A stretch of 64,000 nt of DNA, from NCBI RefSeq assembly GCF_006345805.1, contig NC_043000.1, positions 132,618,001 through 132,682,000 on the forward strand, written 5' to 3'. Position 1 is the first letter of the stretch. Each line of letters opens with the position of its first letter. This DNA comes from Octopus sinensis. Lineage: Eukaryota. This document shows, in pieces, positions 1 through 11,472 of the stretch. Below the pieces are notes generated by a model. That model was given only the letters and a program-made list of their open reading frames with translations, was not told where the DNA came from and searched no databases. The position numbers and the translations under genes are program-made.

Positions 1-230
1 CTCTGCATCTTTCTTTCTTTCTCTCCCATTCCCTTTTTCGTCTTTTTTTTCCCTCACTTACTTGTCTCTTCCTCTCTCTCTCATCTTCATTCTCTCTCTC
101 CCTTTCACCATTCTTCATGTTCCCTCGCACCATTCCCCTTCTTCTCTCTCTTCCTCTTGCTCCTCCTCCCCCATTCCGTCATCCATCTGCGACGATACTT
201 CCGTCGTACTGCTATCCTGTCTTTTCTCGC
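1..230. repeat. CT-rich low-complexity tract
   Basis: Polypyrimidine (ct/ctt) runs; the overlapping ORFs 115..297 and 117..728 are compositional artefacts. Confidence 0.8.
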
Positions 231-299
231 CCGCCTTGTAAGGCTTCCGGTCGACAAATTTCCTCTCTCGTCTTCCACGATAATCCAGCGTTTGCAATA

Positions 300-782
300 C
301 TTTTTTCGTCTGGCGTTAACAGCCTTCTTATCTTTTTCTCCTTGTCCTGTCTCTCCTGTTATATATTTATTTTTCCACTGTTGATATTATATATTTTTAC
401 TGTTTATATGTTTGTACTGTCGTTACCGTCTTGCTTTTTTTTTTTTTTTACCCCTCTGCGAAAAGATCTCAGAATTTTAATTGATTTGCTTTTCGCGGGA
501 AGGAATTTTTCTTCGAAGTATACGTCTCGCTTTTATCCTTCGAAACGTTTAGTAGATGAAATCTTAGCGACTGAAGAAGGGGATTTTTCGTTGTGCTTAT
601 TGTCCTGTATCTCTCCTTATTTTTTGCTTGTCTTGTTCCTTGGTTTGTGTCTATGTGTTTCGTCTCTCTATGTGTTCGACGTCTTTTTGGTGTCCTGTAC
701 ACATATATGCGTGTATATGTACATGTAGAGGTAGGTACGTACATATATGTTTATATATATTCATATGTTCTATTTTATTAAC

Positions 783-785
<3 letters not shown>
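300..785 (+). mobile_element. Dispersed repeat family P1 (putative Penelope-like terminal repeat), ending in (TA)n
   Basis: Shares ctgaagaagggga..tt, ttgtgtcctgtac and gtaggtacgtacatatatg with 9131-9608, 10416-10893 and (reverse) 38420-38580. It has CTGAAGA and CGAAAC hammerhead-like remnants. The PLE assignment is inference. Confidence 0.5.
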
Positions 786-824
<39 letters not shown>

Positions 825-850
825 ACACACATACATATATATATATAAAT

Positions 851-1086
851 AATAAAGTACCGGTTGGGACGAATGCTACTGTTGCTTGACCCCAGGAGAC
901 ATCGTCTCCAGCTGGCTATACGACACACAATCTGTGTCCTTATATTTTCAAACTGAGGAGTTTAGCACCCCCAACCAGCACAAAGCAGTATCTGTGGACC
1001 GCACAGTTTCAGGGTTATTTCCATTCATCAGCACAGAATAACTCTTCGGCTGAGATGGCGCTGCTAAATTCTCGTTCGAAAATATA
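851..1086 (-). mobile_element. Partial copy of hammerhead-bearing foldback element (family P2)
   Basis: Direct repeat of 1195-1380 (gttgggacgaatgctactgtt...cacagaataactct), followed by a short inverted arm (tgctaaattctcgttcgaaaatata); flanked by (TA)n. Confidence 0.75.
991..1037 (-). ncRNA. Type I minimal hammerhead ribozyme (canonical core)
   Basis: The minus strand reads tctgtg CTGATGA atggaaataaccct GAAA ctgtgcg GTC cacaga. Stem I is tctgtg/cacaga (6 bp), the cleavage triplet is GUC, and stem III is short and near-palindromic. Confidence 0.8.
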
Positions 1087-1123
1087 TATAATTTCCAAAG
1101 TGAGACACAGCCACTGATATATT

Positions 1124-1618
1124 AAATAAAAACATTGTTCCTAAATCTCTCAACGAGATATTCAGTAAAAGTTATTTGCCAACCTAATGTAGCAGTCCCG
1201 GTTGGGACGAATGCTACTGTTCTTTAGCCCCAGGAGACACCGTCTCCAGTTGGCTATACGACACACAATCTGTGTTCTTATATTTTCGAACAGGGGAGTT
1301 TAGCATCCCACCCAGCTCAAAGCAGTATCTGTGGACCGCTGAGTTTCAGGGTTATTTCTCTTCACCGACACAGAATAACTCTGCGGCAGAGTTATTCTGT
1401 GCGGTCCATAGATACTGCTTTGTGCTGGGTGAGGTGCTAAACTTCCCTGTTCGAAAATATAAGGACACAGATCGTGTGTCGTACAACCAGCTGGAGACGA
1501 TGACAGTAGCATTCATTCCAACCAGGACTGTCACATTAGGTTGACAAATAACCTTTACTTTAAAGTACTGCTACTGAATATCTTTCGTTGAGATTTACGA
1601 ACAATAATGTTTCTATTT
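1124..1618. mobile_element. ~495-bp foldback (long inverted repeat) of family P2
   Basis: The left arm (aaacattgttcctaaatctctcaacgagatattcagt...) is the reverse complement of the right arm (...actgaatatctttcgttgagatttacgaacaataatgttt). There is a perfect central 16-bp hairpin at 1369-1384/1386-1401. Confidence 0.9.
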
Positions 1619-2129
1619 ATATATATAATATATCTGTGTGTGTAACATCAAATCCCCAACGTGTTAACATGGGATCTCCTAACGACAATGTAAACTTCAT
1701 ACAATCAAGGTCTCTTTGGCCTGAAGAGTAGCTTGCGGTCTAACCCTTGTTTGGATAATTTACTACTTCCGAGAATCCGCTAGGTATGGATTTTATCTAC
1801 TCCATTCCCTAATTTTTGAATGTTTATTCGCATACACAACAACTGTTGCTAACCGTGAACTATGTAATTAACTTTTTTTCAGCTTATCGCGCTTCGATAC
1901 GGGGAAAATTCAGAACCTTCTGCGTCAATACACTGCTATTTCTCCTGAAAGTTGCTTTTCATATCTTCTACGGATGCTTGATCCTTGGATGTCACCTTTT
2001 CATATTATATATTATATATTATATATTATATATATATATATATATTATAATATATATATATATATATATATAAAGCGAGAGAAAGAGAAAGAGAGAGAGA
2101 GAGAGAAAGAAAGATAGAGATGTATACAA

Positions 2130-2161
<32 letters not shown>

Positions 2162-2569
2162 GCATACATATATAAGTATACATGTGTGTGTGTGTGTATG
2201 TGTATGTGTGACTGCGTCTGTGTGCATATATATGCATATGGAGGATAGGTGAATTATATCATTTACTTAAACGAATAAATGTACACCTGTTTATCTCCTA
2301 TGGGAGTTCGAGCATCATGGAAGTACGTCAATTTTACATGTGTTCGTGTGTTTGTGTGTGTGTGTTTACGTAGTCTATGTCAACATATTGCGTGTCAACA
2401 TAGAAGAATGAAAAGAGCGTGAAAGAAGGCGAAGCATGTATGAATAAAAGGTGTGAAGTATTATACGGGGAGAAAGAAAAGACTGACATGAACAGCAAGA
2501 AAACCAAACAACGTGCTTAAACACATCTGAACGTTTGAAGAATTACCGGGAAAGTTTCTGTAAATGGTT

Positions 2570-2828
2570 TTGTTTGTTCCTTCACGAGCCACGCCTGGCT
2601 CATAAGGGCCGGTTTCCCGGTTTCCTTTTTACAGGTGAGCTGCAATAAAGAAAGAGTGAGAGAAAGTTGTGGCGAAAAAGTCAGCAGAGGTTCGCCATAA
2701 CCTTCTGTCGGAGCCGCATGGAGCTTAGGTGTTTCGCTCATAAACACACACATCGCCCGGTCTGAGATTCGAACCCGCAATCCCTGGACCGCAAATCTGC
2801 TGTTCTAACCACTAGGCCATGTGCCTCC
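2570..2828 (-). mobile_element. SINE, family C head with alternative tail 2
   Basis: Reverse complement gives ggaggcacatggcctagtggttagaacagc...gcgggttcgaatctcagaccggg (A/B boxes) and the family C body; the tail ...aaaccggcccttatgagccaggcgtggctcg is shared with 18766-18992. Confidence 0.75.
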
Positions 2829-3036
2829 TCTGTAAATGGTAGTAAAAATATAAACGTAAATTCACGCGCCAAATGAAGAAACAATATTCGCTAGCCTCTT
2901 ACTTTTCAATATATTGGGCACCCCATTTTTATTTATTGTATGTGTTTGATCTTATATTTTATATTTTATATTTAATTTTTTATTTTATTTTATTTATTGA
3001 AAGGCTTTTATAACCATTCTGTATTTCATTTTTCAA

Positions 3037-3415
3037 GGCGGCGAGCTGGCAGAAACGTTAGCACGTCGGGCGAAATGCGTAGCCGTATTTAGTCTGAGTT
3101 CAAATTCCGCCGAGGTCGACTTTGCCTTTCATCCTTTCGGGGTCGATTAGATAAGTATCAGTCATGCACTGGAGTCGATCTAATCGACTTAATCCGTTTT
3201 TCTGTCCTTGTTTGTCTTCTCTGTGTTTAGCCCCTTGTGGGTAGTAAAGAAGTAGGTATTTCGTCCGTGTTTATGTTCTGAGTTTAAATCCCACCGAGCT
3301 TGATTTTGCCTTTTCATCCTTTCAGGGTCGATAAATTAAGTACCAGTTGCGTACTGGGGTCGATGTAATCGACTGGCCCCTTTCTCCGAAATTTCGGGCC
3401 TTGTTCCTTGAGTAA
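3037..3415 (+). mobile_element. SINE family A (dimeric)
   Basis: ggcggcgagctggcagaaacgttagcacg head, gagttcaaattcc B-box and gcctttcatcctttcggggtcgat core; the internal unit is repeated. Confidence 0.9.
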
Positions 3416-3612
3416 AAATGTTTTGAATTTCATTTTTGACACCTTTATGCCCTTTTAATGCCAATTTTTAAAAAATTTAAAGTAGCTTTTCGTTGCCGTT
3501 GTTTCTGGTCTTGATATGGAGGATATTATCTTTTCGTTTGTTCGGATGTCGATAAAATACGTGGGAAGACATTATCCAGTTTGCCCTTCTTGCAAAACTT
3601 CTGGCCTTGCCC

Positions 3613-4010
3613 CCGTAAGTAAGTAAGTACGTACGTACGTACGTACGTACGTACGTACGTACGTACGTACGTATGTATGTATGTATGTATGTATGTATGT
3701 ATGTATGTATGTATGTATGTATGTATGTATGTATGTATGTATGTATGTATGTATGTATGTATGTATGTATGTGTGTGTATGTATGTATGTATGTATGTAT
3801 GTATGTGTGTATGTATGTGTGTGTATGTATGTATGTGTGTGTGTATGTATGTGTGTATGTATGGATGTGATTATATATGTTTGCATGTATGTATGTGTGT
3901 ATGCATGTATGTGTGTAAGTGTATATGTATGTGTGTATGTATGTATGTATGTATGTATGTATGTATGTATGTATGTATGTGTGTATGTATGTATGTATGT
4001 ATGGATGGAT
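3613..4010. repeat. Compound tetranucleotide microsatellite (TAAG)>(TACG)>(TATG)
   Basis: Direct reading; it generates the MYVC-type ORFs. Confidence 0.95.
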
Positions 4011-4042
4011 CTACGCATGCATGTACGTTCGTATGTATATAT

Positions 4043-4177
4043 TCTTTTATCTCTTTCATTCATTTGACTGCGGCCATGCTGGAGCACCACCTTTAGTCGA
4101 ACAAATCGCTCCCAGAACTTATTCTTTGTAAGCCTAGTACTTATTGTATCGGTCTCTTTTTGCCGAACCGCTAAGTT
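4043..4177 (-). mobile_element. SINE family B, 3' fragment
   Basis: catttgactgcggccatgctggagcacc...gccgaaccgctaagtt is the reverse complement of the family B tail. Confidence 0.85.
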
Positions 4178-4334
4178 CCCCATATACGCAGAAGTGTGTA
4201 GGTCCCTAGCAAGACTGAAAAGATAGATGTGCGCTGTTGATGTTTAACACAACCATCATGTTGCAGCCATCATGTATAATGTACATACGTACGTATGTGT
4301 CTCTATGTGTGTGTGTGTAAGGGTATGCGCGTGT

Positions 4335-4652
4335 GGTGCGTGGCTCAATGATTATGGTACTTGGCTTACAGTCGTAAGGTCATAAGTTCGATTCCTGGCG
4401 AAGCATTGTGTCTTCAAGCAAAACACTTTATTTCACGTGGCTGCAGTCCACTCAGCTGGCAAAAATGAGTGGTACCTGTAATTCAAAGGGCTAACTTTGT
4501 TACATTCTGTGTCATGCTAAATCTCCCTGAGAACTATATTAAGGATATGCGTGTCTGTGGAGTACGCAGCCACTTGTACGCTAATTTTACGAGCAGGCTG
4601 TTCCGTCGATTAGATCAACTGGAACACTCGTCGTCGTAAGCGACGGAGTGCC
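4335..4652 (+). mobile_element. SINE family D (tRNA head, CORE-like segment, tail 1)
   Basis: gcgtggctcaatg...aagttcgattcctggcg...aacactttatttcacg...gtcgtcgtaagcgacggagtg; homologous to 33860-34190. Confidence 0.85.
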
Positions 4653-4711
4653 AGTGTGTACGTGCATGCGCGTGCGTGTGTGTGTGTGTATGTGTGTGTG
4701 TGTGTGTGCGT

Positions 4712-4782
<71 letters not shown>

Positions 4783-4832
4783 CAAAGGAGATTGTGTACA
4801 TCTAAAGAAAACGATACAGTCGGATATAAATA

Positions 4833-5085
4833 TAGTAATCCCTCGCCACATCGCGGTTCACCTATCACGGTTCACCTATCACGGTTCACCTATCGCGGTT
4901 TATTATCTAAGCTTACGTCGATTCCTCCGTGGTATTGCTTTTCGTTTATAATAAGATAAATATATACAAATTATAAAAATGATTTTTTTAAAATATACCT
5001 TATAGTACTATTTCTAGTTCGCGGATTTTCAGCTATCGCGGGGGTGTTTTGGAACGTAACACCCACGATAGTCGAGGGATTACAG
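4833..5085. mobile_element. Tigger/pogo-type MITE
   Basis: TA-flanked TIRs tagtaatccctcg ... cgagggattacag; internal cggttcacctatc x3. Confidence 0.8.
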
Positions 5086-5700
5086 TACAAGCAAACGACG
5101 ATATACACGTTGCAAAATGATACAAGAAAATTATATTTTATCGAAAGCAAATAAACCTGAGACCTTGTAAGATTTCTAGAAATTTGGGATAACTCATTAC
5201 TTGTATAGAACAAAGCGCTTCACTTCTATAGAACAAAGCGTTAAGGTGAAATACGAAGGCCCAGAAGAAACTGAAGACATTAACCGATTTCCAGAAAACA
5301 AACCACGGTGGACCAAGAACAAAGATTTAATAGATACCACCATTTTGTTTCATTTTATTTTTTGAAAATTCTATCTGTATTCTTTCATTCTCCGTTCTTT
5401 TTTCTGGTAATTTTTTTCCATTTTCTTTTGCCGTATATCTCACACCTTTTTAATAAATCCCCTGTGGGATTGCCATTTCTTTGTTCTGCAGAATGGTAGA
5501 TGTATAGGAATTATCGAGAGCGTTTGTTTTTTGTTTTGTTTTCTTTCCTTTTGAAGCTTGAAGAACTCCCATCGGAAGGAACAGGTGTACATGTTTCATC
5601 GCTTAGCCAAATGGACTAAATTTTAGGTTGTGTATGTGCGTACATGTGTATATGTGTGTTTACATGCTATAATATATATATATATATATATATGCATGTA

Positions 5701-6088
5701 ATGGCTGTGTGGTAATAGCTTGCTTACCAACCACATGGTTCCGGGTTCAGTCCCACTGGTGACACCTTGGGCAAGTGTCCTTCTACTATAGCCTCGGGCC
5801 GACCAAAGCCTTGTGAGTGGATTTGGTAGACGAAACTGAAAGAAGCCCGTCGTATATCTGTATATTTATGTGTGTGGGTTTTGTATGTCTGTGTTTGTCC
5901 CCCTAGCATTGCTTGACGAACGATGCTGGTGTGTTTTTGTCCCCGTCACTTAGCGGTTCGGCAAAAGAGACCGATAGAATAAGTACGGGGCTTACAAAGA
6001 AAAAGTCCCGGGGTCGAGTTGCTCGATTAAAGGTGGTGCTCCAGCATGGCCGCAGTCAAATGACTGAAACAAGTAAAAGAGTAAAAGA
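5701..6088 (+). mobile_element. SINE family B (tRNA head, CORE-like segment)
   Basis: tggctgtgtggtaa...gggttcagtccc...accttgggcaagtgtc...gcatggccgcagtcaaatgactgaaacaagtaaaagag. Confidence 0.9.
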
Positions 6089-6119
6089 ATATATATATCT
6101 TAGATAGATAGATATTTTT

Positions 6120-6490
6120 TTATTCTTTTATTCGTTTCAATCATTTCACTGCGGCCATGCTGGAGCACCGCCTTTAGTCCAACAAATCGACCCCAGGACT
6201 TATTCTTTGTAAGCCTAGTACTTATTCTGTCGGTCTGTTTTGCTGAACCGCTAAGTCACAGGGAAATAAACACACCAGCATCGGTTGTCAAGCGATGTTG
6301 AGGAAGGGGGGGGGGACATACACGGACACATAAACATATACATATATATACATATATACGACGGGCTTCTTTCAGTTTCCATCTACTAAATCCACTCACG
6401 AGGCTTTGGTCGGCCCGAGGCAAAAGTAGAAGACACTTGCCCATGGTGCCACGTAGTGGGACTGAACCCGGAACCATGTGGTTGGTAAGT
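6120..6490 (-). mobile_element. SINE family B
   Basis: Reverse complement of family B; tail-to-tail with 5701-6088. Confidence 0.9.
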
Positions 6491-6692
6491 AATATATATA
6501 CATATATGTATGTATGTATGTATGTATGTACGTATGTATGTATGTATGTATGTATGTATGTATGTATGTATGTATGTATGTATGTATGTATGTGGATGTG
6601 TTTTGTGGTTCTATGTACTTATCTACTTGCGCATGTGCGCTCGTATATTACGTGTGGATGAATGTACGCAAGTATGTGCGTGCGCGTGTCTC

Positions 6693-6909
6693 GGCGAGTT
6701 AGCAGAACTGTTAGAACGCCGGGCGTAATGCGTGACCGCATTTCGTCTGCCGTTACGTTGTGAGTTCACATTCCGCCCAGGTCGACTTTGCCTTTCATCC
6801 TTTCGGGGTCGATAAATTAAGTACCAGTTACGCACTGGGGTCTATGTAATTGACTTAATCCCTTTGTCTGTCCCCTCTATGTTTAGCCCCTTGTGGGCAA
6901 TAAAGAAAT
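6693..6909 (+). mobile_element. SINE family A (monomer)
   Basis: ggcgagttagcagaactgttagaacgccgggcg...taaagaaat. Confidence 0.9.
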
Positions 6910-7123
6910 ATATGTGTGTGCGTATGATAGATAGATAGATAAATAGATAGATAGATACATACACACACACACACACACACACACATTGCATTAAATAGCG
7001 GGAGAATAAAATTTATAATTATAATAGAGGGCACACGAGGCGCCTACTTACTAAATTTTATTGTCTAGCTATTAAACGTTATTATTGCTTGCTACCACCT
7101 ATATTTTTGTTGCTATTATTCTT

Positions 7124-7515
7124 TTCTACTCGAGGCACAAGGCACGAAATTTTTGGAGAGGGGGCCAGTCGGTTAGATCGACCCAGTATGCAACTGGTAC
7201 TTAATTTATCGACCCTGAAAGGATGAAAGGCAAAGTCGAACTCGGCGGAATTTGAACTCAGAACGTAGCGGCAGATGAAATACCTATTTCTTTACTACCC
7301 ACAAGAGGCTAAACACAGAGAGGACAAACAAGGACAGACAAACGGATTAAGTCGATTACATCGACCCCAGTGCGTAACTGGTCCTTAATTTATCGACCCC
7401 GAAAGGATGAAAGGCAAAGTCGACCTCGGTGGAATTTGAACTCAGAACGTAACGGCAGACGAAATACGGCTACGCATTTCGCCCGGCGTGCTAATGATTC
7501 TGCCAGCTCGCCGCC
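7124..7515 (-). mobile_element. SINE family A (dimeric)
   Basis: Reverse complement of family A with two internal units; ends tctgccagctcgccgcc. Confidence 0.9.
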
Positions 7516-7672
7516 TGCTGATAGTAATAACAATAAAAATATCTCTGTGAATATTCGTTTGAATATTTACTCCTTATATATATATATATTATACACTGAA
7601 GTCGTTTTGAATTTGACGCGGGACAGTTCGAAACGCCACGGATTCCGAGGCGAATTCGTTTTTTATACGGCC

Positions 7673-7729
7673 ATGCTTGCTGAGGAGAATTGAGGCCGTA
7701 GACAGAATTCGAAATTATGATCCAACTAT
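7673..7729 (+). ncRNA. Type I minimal hammerhead ribozyme (intact core, AUC triplet)
   Basis: atgcttg CTGAGGA gaatt-[14 nt]-aattc GAAA ttatg ATC caactat. Stem II is a perfect 5 bp; stem I pairs at 6 of 7 positions; stem III is self-complementary with wobble. Confidence 0.65.
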
Positions 7730-7920
7730 ATCCAATTCTTCCTTCTACAGCTTTGAGCTGTGATGAATTTGTTAATCTTTACTCTCTTGCCCGATTTATG
7801 TTGATCCGTTGTGTATTTCAGTATAATTCGGTGGTTTAGTTGAGGATTTAGCTCCTCTTTCTAGCAAGTAGGTGCCTCACGTGCCCTCTATTATAATTAT
7901 AAATTTTATTCTCTCTCTAT

Positions 7921-8062
7921 ACTCTCTTTTACTCTCTTTTACTTGTTTTAGTCATTTGACTGCGGTCATGCTGGAGCACCACCTTTAGTCAAGCAAATCG
8001 ACCCCAGGACTTATTCTTTGTAAGCCTAGTACTTATTCTATCGGTCTGTTTTGCCGAACTGC

Positions 8063-8096
<34 letters not shown>

Positions 8097-8274
8097 CACA
8101 TATATATATACGACGGGTTTCTTTCAGTTTCTGTCTACCAAATCCATTCATAAGGCGTTGGTCGGCCCGAGGCTATAGTAGAAGACACTTGCCCAAGATG
8201 CCACGCAGTGGGAATGAACCCGGATCCATGAGGTTGGTAAGCAAGCTACTTACCACACAGCCAGTCCTGCGCCT
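7921..8274 (-). mobile_element. SINE family B with internal deletion
   Basis: Reverse complement of family B; ends ccagtcctgcgcct. Confidence 0.88.
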
Positions 8275-8294
8275 ATATGTGTGTGTATATATAT

Positions 8295-8328
<34 letters not shown>

Positions 8329-8334
8329 ATATTA

Positions 8335-9071
8335 TATTATTTATTTATTTATTTATATAATGCATACGTAGATGTGTCTGTGTGTGTTAAAATTTATGGG
8401 ACTTAGCCAAAGATTTTAGTCGTCACTACATTCGTAATCTAATTAAATTGACTAAATTACTAGATACATGAAACAGTCATAAAAGTCGTTGTGTTTGTTA
8501 TACAGCCTCGCTGTGGATTTTGTTATATATTTCTTTTGTCAAATATAGTAAATAATTTCGTCAAAAATCACAGCAATAGCAGCACCGCTCTTACACATTC
8601 ATCGAAAATGGATTTTCAGCCAGCAGTAGAAGAGTACATCTTTGAACATAGAGGACATCAGTACTCCGATGAGCCTGCTGGCCCTGTATGCATATAAGTA
8701 TGCCACGTACATCTCCAGTAGCGTGGCCCTTAACAAACCCGGTTTTTGAAAATGTAATGCAACCATAGACAAGAGGTGTGAGACTATCTCTAGGTCTTCT
8801 ACCACACAGAACCTCAACGGCCTGCAATTTTCGGGCATTACGTTTCGCTATTTGATTGTAAAATTCGACCTTTCTCAAAATGCAGGCTGTTTTCCGTTCT
8901 TGTAGACCACCGCCGTTCACTTCTGTTGAATGCAAGATGCTCCAAATTAACAGTGATGATATTGAAGAACATGAGGTTATTTTCTTATGATGCCACGAAT
9001 TTCTTTTCTTGTACAGTGGACGCTTGGATGACATGACTAATACATTGTATATGAAACTTAATGAAATCAGG

Positions 9072-9140
<69 letters not shown>

Positions 9141-10359
9141 TGTTTTCTTGTTTGTTTTTATTTCTTGTACTGTATTTTTTTGTATTTGTATTTTTATTTT
9201 GTATTTGTTTTTTTATTTGTATTATTTTTACGTCCTGTTTTTGTCACATTTTTTTCTTTCCTTGTTTTTACCCCTCTGTAAAGGAATTTTGTTTAATTCT
9301 TTCGCAGGAAGGGCTAGTTCGATGAGTCGTGTTCTGTCCTTACCTTTGAAACACGCATGGAGTCGAACTAGGGACAGCTGATGAAGGGGAATTTTCCTTG
9401 TGTTATTTGTCTTGTACTCTGTTTTTTTGTTGTTAAAAAAAGGTCCGTTTCCATGTTTGTTTTTACGTTTTCGTCTCTCGTTGAGTTCTACGTCTATTTG
9501 TGGTGTCCTGTACTCACGTATATATATTTATATATGCATGTATATATACATGTAGATGTAGGTACGTACATATATGTATGTATGTATGCATATATTTTAT
9601 TTATTAATATATATATATATATATATATATTTATTTATTTATTTATATAATGCATACGTAGATGTGTCTGTGTGTGTTAAAATTTATGGGACTTAGCCAA
9701 AGATTTTAGTCGTCACTACATTCGTAATCTAATAAATTGACTAAATTACTAGATACATGAAACAGTCATAAAAGTCGTTGTGTTTGTTATACAGCCTCGC
9801 TGTGGATTTTGTTATATATTTCTTTTGTCAAATATAGTAAATAATTTCGTCAAAAATCACAGCAATAGCAGCACCGCTCTTACACATTCATCGAAAATGG
9901 ATTTTCAGCCAGCAGTAGAAGAGTACATCTTTGAACATAGAGGACATCAGTACTCCGATGAGCCTGCTGGCCCTGTATGCATATAAGTATGCCACGTACA
10001 TCTCCAGTAGCGTGGCCCTTAACAAACCCGGTTTTTGAAAATGTAATGCAACCATAGACAAGAGGTGTGAGACTATCTCTAGGTCTTCTACCACACAGAA
10101 CCTCAACGGCCTGCAATTTTCGGGCATTACGTTTCGCTATTTGATTGTAAAATTCGACCTTTCTCAAATGCAGGCTGTTTTCCGTTCTTGTAGACCACCG
10201 CCGTTCACTTCTGTTGAATGCAAGATGCTCCAAATTAACAGTGATGATATTGAAGAACATGAGGTTATTTTCTTATGATGCCACGAATTTCTTTTCTTGT
10301 ACAGTGGACGCTTGGATGACATGACTAATACATTGTATATGAAACTTAATGAAATCAGG

Positions 10360-10425
<66 letters not shown>

Positions 10426-10880
10426 TGTTTTCTTGTTTGTTTTTATTTCTTGTACTGTATTTTTTTGTATTTGTATTTTTATTTTGTATTTGTTTTTTTA
10501 TTTGTATTATTTTTACGTCCTGTTTTTGTCACATTTTTTTCTTTCCTTGTTTTTACCCCTCTGTAAAGGAATTTTGTTTAATTCTTTCGCAGGAAGGGCT
10601 AGTTCGACGAGTCGTGTTCTGTCCTTACCTTTGAAACATGCATGGAGTCGAACTAGGGACAGCTGATGAAGGGGAATTTTCCTTGTGTTATTTGTCTTGT
10701 ACTCTGTTTTTTTGTTGTTAAAAAAAAGGTCCGTTTCCATGTTTGTTTTTACGTTTTCGTCTCTCGTTGAGTTCTACGTCTATTTGTGGTGTCCTGTACT
10801 CACGTATATATATTTATATATGCATGTATATATACATGTAGATGTAGGTACGTACATATATGTATGTATGTATGCATATA

Positions 10881-10900
<20 letters not shown>
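8335..10900. repeat. Near-identical tandem duplication, unit ~1.29 kb (~8335-9624 and ~9625-10900)
   Basis: tgcatacgtagatgtgtctg at 8361 and 9651; the duplicated 68-aa ORFs start at 8491 and 9780 (offset 1289). Each unit has a unique body, (TA)n and a P1 repeat. Confidence 0.95.
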
Positions 10901-10944
<44 letters not shown>

Positions 10945-11472
10945 ACAAGAATACACTTCAAGATACATCTCATGAATTCTCTTTGGAAAGCATCATCATT
11001 GATGTTCCTGGGCGTGTTCGAAATTTTCAACATCAGATCCCTTCACCCAGTTGGCTCACCCAGGGTTGATCAATTCTCAGCGTGCATCCCTGTAACAGCA
11101 AACTATCGTTCTGCACTCTTTATCTTTATCCAGAACCACCTTTATCTTTATCCAGACTCAGCTTTATCTTAATTCAGATCCATCTAGTGGCCAATGGAAT
11201 ATATGCCCAACCAGATCTTTGCAGTAAAACAGAAATAGAAATATTTAACAATAGAACTTTACAGAGTCATATGAATAACAGCTATATATATTAGGAATAA
11301 ACATATTTAATTATAATGATCATTATAATATCAAAATGTTAATAATATGTTAAATAAATCCGTAGATATTAAAATAATTGTAAAGCAGTTTGAGTTTAAA
11401 AGATAGCGGAGATTTAAAAAATATTAACACAATGGAAGGATAGATTTTTCAAAGATAAAAAACTGTTCAAGA

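Noticed and set aside
8591-9076. 161-aa minus ORF with a TGFVKG motif (L1-like RT), and a plus-frame FSYDATNFFS (PLE RT motif-like)
   Set aside because: Single short motifs on opposite strands without the expected neighbouring motifs (e.g. LD..KAFD). Cannot be supported without an HMM search.
9310-9400. Tandem hammerhead-like motifs in P1 (also at 10597-10685)
   Set aside because: The first lacks CU of the CUGA core and a stem II; the second lacks GAAA. Treated as decayed remnants.
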